Shown here piece after piece: positions 1-8,008 of a DNA stretch of 48,961 nt (position 1 is the first letter of the stretch; every line of letters begins with the position of its first letter). The notes below the pieces were generated by a model. The model was not told the DNA's origin, made no database searches, and saw only the letters and a list, made by a program, of their open reading frames with translations. The position numbers and the translations under genes are program-made. This stretch comes from a virus (taxonomy: Duplodnaviria; Caudoviricetes), in IMG/VR virus record IMGVR_UViG_3300032280_000731, positions 1 through 48,961 of that record. The stretch is one strand, 5' to 3'.

Positions 1-186
1 AGAGATAGTCTTTGGAACCGATGCAGCTTTCACGTTATCGATCATGAATGCGGAATGATTGAGGATGCCGATAGAAGATTGGATTGCAATCTAACCGCTC
101 AAGCCAATTATATAGCTACTTCCCCAGGTCTTCGCTCACATTATCTTCGTTCACACGGTTGTCCTACCTACGTAATAAGCCAATGA
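1..186 (+). CDS. 5'-truncated hypothetical protein (…RDSLWNRCSFHVIDHECG…CPTYVISQ*)
   Basis: Frame 1 is open from the window start to TGA 184-186, which overlaps the next ATG (ATGA coupling). Not in the ORF track. Confidence 0.6.
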   Translation, partial: RDSLWNRCSFHVIDHECGMIEDADRRLDCNLTAQANYIATSPGLRSHYLRSHGCPTYVISQ

Positions 187-554
187 AATATCTAATCCTA
201 CCATTCCTACTTCTTGTTGGTTGTGTTGCCAACGTTGGTAATTCTGAAAATGTTGAAGCAGCAGAAGAGAACCTTCTAACCGCTCAACAGATTTTGGATT
301 ATTGTAATGCAGCCTGTGAGTTGCCAATGTTGGCTTGTTCAAGCTTTGATCACGACAATTGTATTGATAGATGCCTTAATATTAGTCCAACGTCAGATTA
401 TACCCGTCGTGATATGGAAATCTTTGATGCTTGCATTCAATGTTATATCCGTATTATCTGCACACCGGACAGCTATCCTGACTGTTATCCACATTGTTTG
501 TCAACGGTTCTTGGTCCTCGTTCAACGTGTCCCAATACCGATCCTGGGACTTGA
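183..554 (+). CDS. Cys-rich lipoprotein
   Basis: Likely start is ATG 183 (MKYLILPFLLLVGC, a signal peptide II/lipobox). Contains CxxxC and CxxC pairs and a terminal CYPxC. Confidence 0.75.
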   Translation: MKYLILPFLLLVGCVANVGNSENVEAAEENLLTAQQILDYCNAACELPMLACSSFDHDNCIDRCLNISPTSDYTRRDMEIFDACIQCYIRIICTPDSYPDCYPHCLSTVLGPRSTCPNTDPGT

Positions 555-561
555 TTAATAG

Positions 562-591
562 TTTAAATCCTTGTTATATTAGTGTTATATT
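562..591 (+). promoter_or_regulatory. sigma70-type (early) promoter, extended -10
   Basis: TTTAAA-N18-TATATT with TGT directly before the -10; same pattern as at 2448, 3111, 5203, 38204 and 40030. Confidence 0.45.
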
Positions 592-612
592 GATATTAAG
601 GAGAGACAGACA

Positions 613-873
613 ATGACATATCAAGAGCTACAAGAGCAAAACGAGCGGCTTCTAAAGAACAATGCAGACTACGGAGCAGAGAACAGGCATCTACGTTGTG
701 TGATGCTTGAAGCCGCAAGACATCTTGATGCTAATCAGCATCCACATTTGGTTCGTTATCTTTATTCTGTATCTACTCATTGGGTGGGACCAGAAAAGAA
801 CCCGTATCCTCAGAACGATGCTGCTTTGACGCAGCAGTTTGAGAAGTATATCAACACACCGGAAAAGCCATGA
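613..873 (+). CDS. hypothetical protein
   Basis: ORF with GGAG-like RBS and ATGA overlap with the next gene. Confidence 0.7.
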   Translation: MTYQELQEQNERLLKNNADYGAENRHLRCVMLEAARHLDANQHPHLVRYLYSVSTHWVGPEKNPYPQNDAALTQQFEKYINTPEKP

Positions 874-1148
874 AGAATATTTCTTTTATCACACTTTTGT
901 TTCTGTCTGGTTGCAATGGATATAGCCAGCAGCAGCTTCAATGCACGGATATATGTAGCCAATTGGAACACACCTGTCGTCCTACAAACGTTGGAACATT
1001 TGAATACGGTCTTTGTTATGAATATTGTATGGGGCTTCCTACACAACAAAAAGTAGATAGCTATCAGAGTTGTAGTGAATGTTATATGGCTATTGAATGC
1101 AACAATGATCTGTATGCTTCAATGTGTTATCCTGCTTGTGAGATTTGA
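870..1148 (+). CDS. Cys-rich lipoprotein, paralog of 183-554
   Basis: MKNISFITLLFLSGC lipobox; same Cys order ending CxxCYxxIxC…CYPxC. Confidence 0.75.
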   Translation: MKNISFITLLFLSGCNGYSQQQLQCTDICSQLEHTCRPTNVGTFEYGLCYEYCMGLPTQQKVDSYQSCSECYMAIECNNDLYASMCYPACEI

Positions 1149-1150
1149 TT

Positions 1151-1444
1151 ATGAAGCTATTACAAACTGCCGGGGGCGGAACTAAAAAAATCTACGATGT
1201 TGGGGATCAAGTAACTTATAGGAATATCTGGGCACCTCGAGGTTTTATCGCTCAAGGAACAGATAAGCAATCAGGAGGAAATCTAATAGTTTCTGATTTC
1301 CTTGAAGATGGATCCTCATACATTGTTAAGGAAGTAATCCCAGCTAACGTCCATAAGATGCATGACCTATATCGTTATGTGATTGCCGTAATGAGAAACA
1401 ATCAAGAACTGGACCTGATCTTGTCAGAGATTTATTTGCGATAA
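1151..1444 (+). CDS. hypothetical protein
   Basis: ORF in an operon; ATG 1151 preferred over TTG 1145. Confidence 0.6.
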   Translation: MKLLQTAGGGTKKIYDVGDQVTYRNIWAPRGFIAQGTDKQSGGNLIVSDFLEDGSSYIVKEVIPANVHKMHDLYRYVIAVMRNNQELDLILSEIYLR

Positions 1445-1448
1445 AGAT

Positions 1449-1706
1449 ATGGAAGATACAGAAACGGTAGAATTGAACATTGGTGCTCTTGTTCGTTTTT
1501 TCTCTAATAGAGCTTTGTTTTGGGAAGAACAAGACGAGTTTGGTCCAGATTTTGGTAAGCAATATTATGCGAATGAGATTTATCACGAAAAAGAAAATCC
1601 GCTCGCAATGATTTTGGGAGCGGACTTCACAGGGGTTTATGTTAGAGTGCTATGGGGAGAGAAGAAGGGTTGGGTTATGAGTTCCGACCTTCAAGGGTTG
1701 GCTTGA
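1449..1706 (+). CDS. hypothetical protein, possibly SH3-like beta-barrel
   Basis: IGALVRF…VRVLWGEKKGWV pattern. Confidence 0.6.
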   Translation: MEDTETVELNIGALVRFFSNRALFWEEQDEFGPDFGKQYYANEIYHEKENPLAMILGADFTGVYVRVLWGEKKGWVMSSDLQGLA

Positions 1707-2396
1707 TCACGCTGTGCCGAGAGCGCCGAGAGAACCACCAACACCTCTTTCACGTCTTGCACCGACTGCGCCTCCATAACTTTCTCGACGAGCGGAACCT
1801 GCTGCGGCTGGGATCCCAGTTTTTGGAGAAGGAACAGATACGGTTGTTCTTGCAAGTTCAGAACCTTCGACCGCTTGAGTTAGCTTTTTAGAAGCATCAG
1901 ATATAGCGATTTGAAGTTGTTGCAACATTCCACGTGCTGTTTTAAATGCGCTTTGAAGCTTTGGCAATACGTCTGGAAGAGCATTTTGTTTTTCTCCATT
2001 CTCTACAACGTCTTTAAAATCGCCATATAGATCAATAAGAGAGGTAACATATTGATCAATAGCACCATCAAGAGCATCAATATTTCCGATGTTCATCCCT
2101 TTAAGGGATTTTGCTTTTGCTTCTACGGCTTTAAGTCCGTTATCTAAAGCTTTCATTTCTGGAACTTCAGAAGCGATATCTTCTGTGGATGCTCCACCAT
2201 AACCTTTATATCCAGGTATAGCCGATCTTGCAACTGATTTACCAATTGCAGACAAGCCTTGACCTAATTTCTTAAAGAATTGTTCATTAAGAACTTCGGA
2301 GTTATAACGTGCAAGCTTTTTTTCTAAAAGCTTTACTTTAACGGCTTCGTTAAGCATTACGGCTTCGGTTAAAACTTTTTGTTGTTGTTTATTCAT
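1707..2396 (-). CDS. hypothetical helical protein, possibly an internal head protein
   Basis: Likely start ATG 2396 with a GAGGA RBS; N-terminal LTE/LNE/LNE motifs; ATATTTA motif upstream on the minus strand. Confidence 0.65.
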   Translation of the reverse strand: MNKQQQKVLTEAVMLNEAVKVKLLEKKLARYNSEVLNEQFFKKLGQGLSAIGKSVARSAIPGYKGYGGASTEDIASEVPEMKALDNGLKAVEAKAKSLKGMNIGNIDALDGAIDQYVTSLIDLYGDFKDVVENGEKQNALPDVLPKLQSAFKTARGMLQQLQIAISDASKKLTQAVEGSELARTTVSVPSPKTGIPAAAGSARRESYGGAVGARRERGVGGSLGALGTA

Positions 2397-2447
2397 GTGG
2401 TCCTCTATAATGTTAGCAAGTTTAAATATCAAACATAAAAACAAAAG

Positions 2448-2476
2448 TTTACAACTTAATTCAAATTTGTTAAGAT
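2448..2476 (+). promoter_or_regulatory. sigma70-type promoter for tdk
   Basis: TTTACA-N17-TAAGAT with extended TGT. Confidence 0.55.
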
Positions 2477-2483
2477 CGTATAT

Positions 2484-3077
2484 ATGATAAATAGTAAATG
2501 TGGAAGTCTTCGTCTTTATACTGGACCTATGTATTCGGGCAAAACTACGTCTCTTCTTGGAGAGTTGACGATAGCTTTGGATAACAATAGACGCCCGTTA
2601 GTTATTAAGCCATTGATAGACAATCGTTATTCAGATGATGATATCGTTTCCCATGATGGAGTATCAGTTAATCGTGTAACCGGTGTTAAAGTTCTACGCC
2701 TTCCTGTCAATGACATTCCAGATTTAGATCAGATTGAAGGTATTGATGCGCTTTTTATTGACGAGGCACAATTCTTTCCAAATATCGGTAACGCTATAGA
2801 CGCTTACCTTGAAATGGGTATTGATGTTGTGGCGGTGGGATTGGATATGGATAGTAATGGCAAGCCGTTTGGTTCTATGCCAGTTCTTCTTGCCAAGGCT
2901 AATCGTGTTGTAAAGTTAAGTGCCAATTGCTCTGTTTGCGGCGATACAGCTACCAGAACCTATCGTAAGCCTGGAGTGGCAAAGGATCAAGTTCTTATAG
3001 GTGGTGCTGAGACATATGAGCCTCGGTGTTTAGAACATTGGTCGCCAAGAAATATATCGATAGCTCCAGCAGCATGA
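2484..3077 (+). CDS. tdk: thymidine kinase
   Basis: GPMYSGKTT P-loop, IDEAQFF, GLDMD, CxxC zinc site and IGGAETYEPRC. Confidence 0.95.
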   Translation: MINSKCGSLRLYTGPMYSGKTTSLLGELTIALDNNRRPLVIKPLIDNRYSDDDIVSHDGVSVNRVTGVKVLRLPVNDIPDLDQIEGIDALFIDEAQFFPNIGNAIDAYLEMGIDVVAVGLDMDSNGKPFGSMPVLLAKANRVVKLSANCSVCGDTATRTYRKPGVAKDQVLIGGAETYEPRCLEHWSPRNISIAPAA

Positions 3078-3078
3078 T

Positions 3079-3105
3079 AAAAGCCCTGTAAATCAGGGCT
3101 TTTTT
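3079..3105 (+). terminator. intrinsic terminator
   Basis: AAAAGCCCTG-taaat-CAGGGCTTTTTT directly after the tdk stop. Confidence 0.85.
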
Positions 3106-3110
3106 ATTAC

Positions 3111-3139
3111 TTGAAAATCTTCAAATCGCTTGTTACTAT
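3111..3139 (+). promoter_or_regulatory. sigma70-type promoter
   Basis: TTGAAA-N17-TACTAT with extended TGT, immediately after the terminator. Confidence 0.65.
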
Positions 3140-3145
3140 GTATAT

Positions 3146-3361
3146 ATGCGAATGAAGAACGTTTACTCCATGCTCGGCTCGGTTGGACTTCTTAACCTTC
3201 TTGGAACAGAAGAGGTCTGTCAGGCTCTTGATCTCTGGTATTCTGGTATCCTATCGCATGACGAAACGCTGGATCGTCTTGGTGGTCATTCCTCATATAT
3301 GCTAAACCATCAGGATTATCGCATGGTTCTCAGCTATCTCCATCACACCCTTTGCCGCTGA
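3146..3361 (+). CDS. hypothetical protein
   Basis: First ORF after the promoter. Confidence 0.6.
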   Translation: MRMKNVYSMLGSVGLLNLLGTEEVCQALDLWYSGILSHDETLDRLGGHSSYMLNHQDYRMVLSYLHHTLCR

Positions 3362-3368
3362 AAGAAAT

Positions 3369-3527
3369 ATGGAAAAGCGAAACTCGTATAAGAAGGCGAT
3401 CATCGGTCCCGGCGGTCTTAACTGTTCCTGCTGCCGTTGCGGTTCTAAGGGCTACGCAAAGCGTCTAAACAGCCGTGGCAAGCGGCGGATTGCAAAGGTC
3501 GCTCTTCACAATGAGGTCGTTGGCTGA
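3369..3527 (+). CDS. small basic Cys-cluster protein (52 aa, GPGGLNCSCCRC)
   Basis: Translated by eye as MEKRNSYKKAIIGPGGLNCSCCRCGSKGYAKRLNSRGKRRIAKVALHNEVVG; it fills the gap between neighbours and is not in the ORF track. Confidence 0.7.
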   Translation: MEKRNSYKKAIIGPGGLNCSCCRCGSKGYAKRLNSRGKRRIAKVALHNEVVG

Positions 3528-3528
3528 T

Positions 3529-3939
3529 ATGAAGATCGGTGATAAGGTTTATGTAGCATGGATCGGTCCCGATATGGAAGGCGTATGGGAATATACGTTA
3601 GAAGCCCTCGGTGTCCATCGTGCAATCCTGCGTGGTAAGGACGAAGGCTATGGTGAATATAAGATCCGTGGGCGTCTTTCGTCCGCTCCCCTTAATCAAG
3701 TGTTTGCTACTGAGAAGGAAGCTCAAAATTATTTGAGCAGCTTCCAGCCCCAGATTGGCGACTATGCTGCGGTTCTTGTCTATGGAGATATGACTAAGGG
3801 ATTGGTGGTTAAGTCCACTCCAAAGATGGTAGAGCTCCTACTGAGCAACGAAGATGATATCGCAAGAAATAATGGAAAGATGAAGAGTAGACATTATAAG
3901 CATAGCGTAATCACTCTTATCCGAAACGGTCGTCAGTAA
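3529..3939 (+). CDS. hypothetical protein with two SH3/KOW-like repeats
   Basis: Likely start ATG 3529 (MKIGDKV); internal PQIGDY repeat; VFATEKEA motif. Confidence 0.7.
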   Translation: MKIGDKVYVAWIGPDMEGVWEYTLEALGVHRAILRGKDEGYGEYKIRGRLSSAPLNQVFATEKEAQNYLSSFQPQIGDYAAVLVYGDMTKGLVVKSTPKMVELLLSNEDDIARNNGKMKSRHYKHSVITLIRNGRQ

Positions 3940-3960
3940 GCTAACCATAAGAACAAATGA

Positions 3961-3990
3961 GAAAGCCCCGGTTTTGCCGGGGCTTTTTTC
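3961..3990. terminator. bidirectional intrinsic terminator
   Basis: GAAAGCCCCGG-tttg/ttttg-CCGGGGCTTTTTTC between convergent genes. Confidence 0.85.
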
Positions 3991-5131
3991 ATTTCTTTTC
4001 AAACAACTTAATAATCAAGTCATTATATCCTTTAACGTTACGAGGATGCTCTGGTAAGAACTTGGATATTATTTCACGTGAGTTTTTAAGATATTCTTCA
4101 CGATATCCTGGCACACGATCAAACACTCTTATTACTTCATGTAAGTGCTTAACCGCCATTTCATCATCAAACCGTGGATAATACCATCCTAATTCTGGAA
4201 CCATAGCCGCATTGTGAATAACAGGGAAACCTAACCAAGCGGCATCAAAATAAAGATAATTCAAGTCGCAATCCTGTTGGTGAGAAAGAACAATGTCGGT
4301 GTGCTTTTGAAGTGCCCAGGTAATAGGATAGCGGGCTTCAAAGAACATTTTCTTTGCCTTGTTAACATGAAGGTCTAATGCAAATTTAAGAAATGACTTC
4401 TTATCTTTAATATGAGCGGTTCCAAACATACTAAACTTTTTAACTTCATTAGGATATTTCTCATGGAACTTTTCAGCGATAATCATTGGGAAGATAGCGG
4501 TCTTATTCATACCAATGTTTGGTTCAAACGTAGATACTCTCTTCTGTGGCTCGCCGCTTGGTTGATATACTTCCGGATATCCCTTGAGCTTCAACTCTTC
4601 AACGTGATGCATCAAGAAACGAGGCGACCATATATAAGGTCCAATCTCTGCCGGGGCATCATACAATACCTCAAACAATGCTTTGTTGTTCTCATATAGA
4701 TGCGGAGATATCCAGCTTGCATCCATTCCCTTTACCTTGCGAATAATGCTTGCATGATCCGTCTTGAATAATACGTTCTCCATGAAACCATAATATTCGT
4801 TACCCATTACGTGATTGATTACCTTTGCACCCTTTTCTCGGGCTGCACTAATCTCTCCATCACCCATGAATATACAAACGTTAATAAACAAATCAATCTT
4901 CTCCAACGCCTCCTTAAAGTCATTAATTATCCACTTCTCATATTCATTCCAAGGGGATTTAGAAACGTCTTTCTGTGTTCCAAAGTTCATGTAGTAACAT
5001 TCGTTAACCATATCTGCCTTTATTAAACAATCTCTCAGAATTATAGCGTTCTGCTTAATGCCGTTCGTAAAGAAACTCTCCGTTGGATCCGTAATGTTAA
5101 CCGTAATAGCAACGTTTATCTTCTTGTCCAT
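3989..5131 (-). CDS. DUF2827-like protein (probable glycosyltransferase-associated)
   Basis: FTNGIKQN, WISPH, PYIWSP, FEPNIGMNKT and LNYLYFDA…GFPVIHN motifs typical of DUF2827. Confidence 0.75.
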   Translation of the reverse strand: MDKKINVAITVNITDPTESFFTNGIKQNAIILRDCLIKADMVNECYYMNFGTQKDVSKSPWNEYEKWIINDFKEALEKIDLFINVCIFMGDGEISAAREKGAKVINHVMGNEYYGFMENVLFKTDHASIIRKVKGMDASWISPHLYENNKALFEVLYDAPAEIGPYIWSPRFLMHHVEELKLKGYPEVYQPSGEPQKRVSTFEPNIGMNKTAIFPMIIAEKFHEKYPNEVKKFSMFGTAHIKDKKSFLKFALDLHVNKAKKMFFEARYPITWALQKHTDIVLSHQQDCDLNYLYFDAAWLGFPVIHNAAMVPELGWYYPRFDDEMAVKHLHEVIRVFDRVPGYREEYLKNSREIISKFLPEHPRNVKGYNDLIIKLFEKK

Positions 5132-5202
5132 ATAACTTCTCCTGGCTCCATATAAATATTTCCATAATCAGCAACCCCCCTTAATTAAAGGAAATTAATC
5201 CC

Positions 5203-5231
5203 TTTAAAAAGCTTCCCCCATCTGCTATTCT
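5203..5231 (+). promoter_or_regulatory. sigma70-type promoter
   Basis: TTTAAA-N17-TATTCT with extended TGC; hexamers identical to those at 40030. Confidence 0.6.
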
Positions 5232-5270
5232 ATATAAAGTTAAACGGTTCGGAACAAAGAAAGAAAACGA

Positions 5271-6020
5271 ATGCAACTCAATCTCGGACAGCCCAAGGTT
5301 AACAATAAGACCAACATTCTCGATATCGAGGTGCCTACCCAACTTGAAGAGAATGTCGTTTCGGGCTTCGCTCACGTTGACGCTCTATTCGCTGGCGACG
5401 GTATCACCCCGTCAACCGCTGCACTCGTGACCGGAATTCCCGGTGCCGGTAAGACCACTCTCATGCTACAGCTTGCAGATGCCGTTACCGGCGCTGGACA
5501 TATCGCTATCTATAATACCGGCGAGGAATCGCTCTATCAGGTTCGTAAGGTCGTGCGCCGTCTCGGTCTGGAGAATGGCTTTATTCCTTCCTATGAGTCC
5601 TCTGCTCAGGCTATCGTCAAGAAGGCACGGGCAGTCCAGACGGCTAATCCCGGCAAGCAGGTTTTCCTCTTCGTTGACTCCCTGCAATGCGTTGAAGTGG
5701 ATCGGGAGAAGGGTCAGCGTGGTCGTGGTCCCTCTCAGGGTTCTAAGGAAGTGAATGCTTCTGCTATCCTTACCGCATGGGCTAAGGAGACGTTTGGTGT
5801 TCTTATGATCATCGGCATGGTTACGAAGTCGGGAGAGTTTGCCGGTAAGCAAGCAATCCGGCATATCGTTGACGCCCATCTTCACCTTGCCGTGGATACG
5901 GATCGTAAGAGCGATACCTACGGGCAGCGAGTTGCAACGATGGAAAAGAACAGGTTCGGGCAGTCGGGTCTGGGCTACGTTTACGAGATCAATAGCAGCG
6001 GCGTTCGATTTGAAGTGTGA
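5271..6020 (+). CDS. RadA/Sms-like RecA-fold ATPase (ATPase core only)
   Basis: GIPGAGKT Walker A, YNTGEES, FVDSLQ Walker B and EKNRFG (RadA KNRFG motif); no zinc finger or Lon-like domain. Confidence 0.85.
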   Translation: MQLNLGQPKVNNKTNILDIEVPTQLEENVVSGFAHVDALFAGDGITPSTAALVTGIPGAGKTTLMLQLADAVTGAGHIAIYNTGEESLYQVRKVVRRLGLENGFIPSYESSAQAIVKKARAVQTANPGKQVFLFVDSLQCVEVDREKGQRGRGPSQGSKEVNASAILTAWAKETFGVLMIIGMVTKSGEFAGKQAIRHIVDAHLHLAVDTDRKSDTYGQRVATMEKNRFGQSGLGYVYEINSSGVRFEV

Positions 6021-6117
6021 TATTTAAGGCATTTCTTAACGTTTTTTTCTTACATCAAGAAGATTAGAAAAAAATATAATCTTTGAACTAAGATAAAACC
6101 TCCCCTCCAACATATTT

Positions 6118-6148
6118 ATCCTCCGGAAGCTATATGCCTCCGGAGGAT
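6118..6148 (+). promoter_or_regulatory. RBS-sequestering hairpin upstream of the endonuclease
   Basis: ATCCTCCGGA (6118-6127) and TCCGGAGGAT (6139-6148) form a perfect 10-bp stem containing GGAGG. Confidence 0.75.
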
Positions 6149-6150
6149 TT

Positions 6151-6969
6151 ATGCTTTTTGAATATAATGGACATTCACTAAATGGTGGAATATATCAAAT
6201 CAAAAATTTGATAAGCGGTGTTATATATGTTGGCTCTGCAAAGGAATTTAAAGAACGCTGGAATGGACATAGGCGGTCCTTAGCTAAGGTAAAGCATACT
6301 ACAAAGTATTTGCAAAATAGCTATAACAAACACTATGTTGAAGATGGAAATGATATCGTCTTTATGTTTAGTGTTCTTGAAGTGATGGATAAGTCTACAA
6401 AAGAAGAAAGACTTATCAGAGAAGAATGGTGGATCCAAAAGCTCCTTAATGAAGGATTAGAATTGTATAATTCTAACAAGACACCAACAAAAGAACCAAA
6501 GAGAATATATTATAAACCTTCCGAAGAAACGAGAAAGCTTATCGGAGAAAAAGCTAAAGCAATGTGGGAGACGCCAGAGATTGCGGAAAAGCTTTTAGAA
6601 ACCAGGCGCACGGAAGTTTTCAAACAACTGCACAAGGAAAGAATGACTATCGCATGGCAAGAAGAAAGGGAGCAAAGACTGGCGGCACAAAATACTCCGG
6701 AGTGTAAAAAGCTTAAATCTGATAGCTCAAAAGCTCAATGGTCTGATCCAGATAAACGGCAACGTATTATGGAAAGTCGCAATAATCATGAGTGCAGACT
6801 TAAGTTTTTGATTACGAAAGTTGGAAAAGAAAAAGCAGCTAAAATATCGGATCCAGCATGGCTAAAACAGTCAGTTGCAGATTTAGGAAAGAAAGGAACG
6901 GCGAAGCTTTTGGGCGTGGATAGAGGCACAATTTATCGCTGGTATAGAATACTATTTCTCGGAAAGTAG
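6151..6969 (+). CDS. free-standing GIY-YIG homing endonuclease with NUMOD3-like repeats and a C-terminal HTH
   Basis: GIYQI…YVGSA, catalytic R (ERW) and E (REEWW), YN; SEETRKLIG repeat; AKLLGVDRGTIYRW helix-turn-helix. Confidence 0.9.
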   Translation: MLFEYNGHSLNGGIYQIKNLISGVIYVGSAKEFKERWNGHRRSLAKVKHTTKYLQNSYNKHYVEDGNDIVFMFSVLEVMDKSTKEERLIREEWWIQKLLNEGLELYNSNKTPTKEPKRIYYKPSEETRKLIGEKAKAMWETPEIAEKLLETRRTEVFKQLHKERMTIAWQEEREQRLAAQNTPECKKLKSDSSKAQWSDPDKRQRIMESRNNHECRLKFLITKVGKEKAAKISDPAWLKQSVADLGKKGTAKLLGVDRGTIYRWYRILFLGK

Positions 6970-6976
6970 CTTACAT

Positions 6977-7177
6977 ATGAACCAAACACATAAAGACCTT
7001 CTTAAAGTATTCCTCTGGAGACTTATCTCTATACCTGTCTCCATTCTTGTAGCTTGGCTCTATACAGGCAATGCTAACGTCTCTATCTCGCTTACCATCA
7101 TCCTTACCATTGTCCTTACCATCCTCCAGTTCTTCTACGAAAAACTCTGGCGCTATATAACTTCAAAACATATTTAA
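6977..7177 (+). CDS. small two-TM membrane protein (DUF2061-like)
   Basis: KVFLWRLIS…YTG…FFYEKLW pattern. Confidence 0.7.
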   Translation: MNQTHKDLLKVFLWRLISIPVSILVAWLYTGNANVSISLTIILTIVLTILQFFYEKLWRYITSKHI

Positions 7178-7182
7178 AAAAT

Positions 7183-7887
7183 ATGAAACTCTCAAACCTA
7201 CTGCATCACCTTAATGAAAATTTAAAAGAACAGGGCGGGCTATATGAAGATATAGATGAAATAGCCCAATACCCAGAAGGCTTCAATATTGACGACCTTA
7301 AGGCTAAATCCTCCTTCGCCGGTAAAGCTCGCTATCTACGCTCACACGGTCTTGATAAACTCGGAGCAGGTTCCTCCCGTGCTGTATTCGGCGCTGATAA
7401 TGATACCGTCATCAAAGTAGCAAAAAATAAAAAAGGGCTCGCTCAAAATAAAGTAGAAGCTGAACTATCCGCTAATGTAGATACAGACGCTCCTATAGCT
7501 ATAGTCAAAGATAGTGACCCAGATAATATATGGATCGAAGCTGAAAGAGCTCGTAAAGCTAAACCAACAGATTTTAAAAATATCCTTGGCTTCCCTATGG
7601 AAACTATTATGAAAGTCATAAGAGAAAGAGCAGATGATAACACCGGTAAACACCGTGGAAATAATCCTTATTGGTATCTTTCAGATAGAAACTTATACGA
7701 ACAAATAGCAGATACAGATTTCATCGCTAACGTAGTCGATATAGTAGTCGATCATAATCTCTCTATGGGTGATATCACTCGCATCTCCTCTTGGGGAGTT
7801 GTTAATCGTAATGGCGCACCACAACTCGTCCTCGTAGACTATGGTTTAGATGATCAAGTCCTAAAACAATACTATAGAAGACGGTGA
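7183..7887 (+). CDS. protein kinase-like enzyme with N-terminal leader motif
   Basis: LGAGSSRAVF glycine loop, VIKVA, QNKVE, GD…WG and VLVDYG. Confidence 0.75.
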   Translation: MKLSNLLHHLNENLKEQGGLYEDIDEIAQYPEGFNIDDLKAKSSFAGKARYLRSHGLDKLGAGSSRAVFGADNDTVIKVAKNKKGLAQNKVEAELSANVDTDAPIAIVKDSDPDNIWIEAERARKAKPTDFKNILGFPMETIMKVIRERADDNTGKHRGNNPYWYLSDRNLYEQIADTDFIANVVDIVVDHNLSMGDITRISSWGVVNRNGAPQLVLVDYGLDDQVLKQYYRRR

Positions 7888-7891
7888 TCAT

Positions 7892-8008
7892 ATGTCAGCT
7901 AAAACACTATTGCCTAAGTCTAAACTCTATAAAGGTTTCAACATCATTAGCTCCATAGATTACAATCTATTAGATGCCGCTGAAAACTTCTTCAATGAAA
8001 TGTATTGA
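7892..8008 (+). CDS. small hypothetical protein (38 aa)
   Basis: MSAKTLLPKSKLYKGFNIISSIDYNLLDAAENFFNEMY*, starting 4 nt after the kinase stop. Confidence 0.4.
   Translation: MSAKTLLPKSKLYKGFNIISSIDYNLLDAAENFFNEMY

Noticed and set aside
6021-6976. Group I intron housing the GIY-YIG gene
   Set aside because: The flanking genes appear complete, and no intron core or room for one is visible; treated as free-standing.
7091-7127. 12-bp tandem repeat CTTACCAT… (three copies)
   Set aside because: It encodes LTII/LTIV/LTIL in a TM helix within a C-skewed region; there is no evidence of a separate function.
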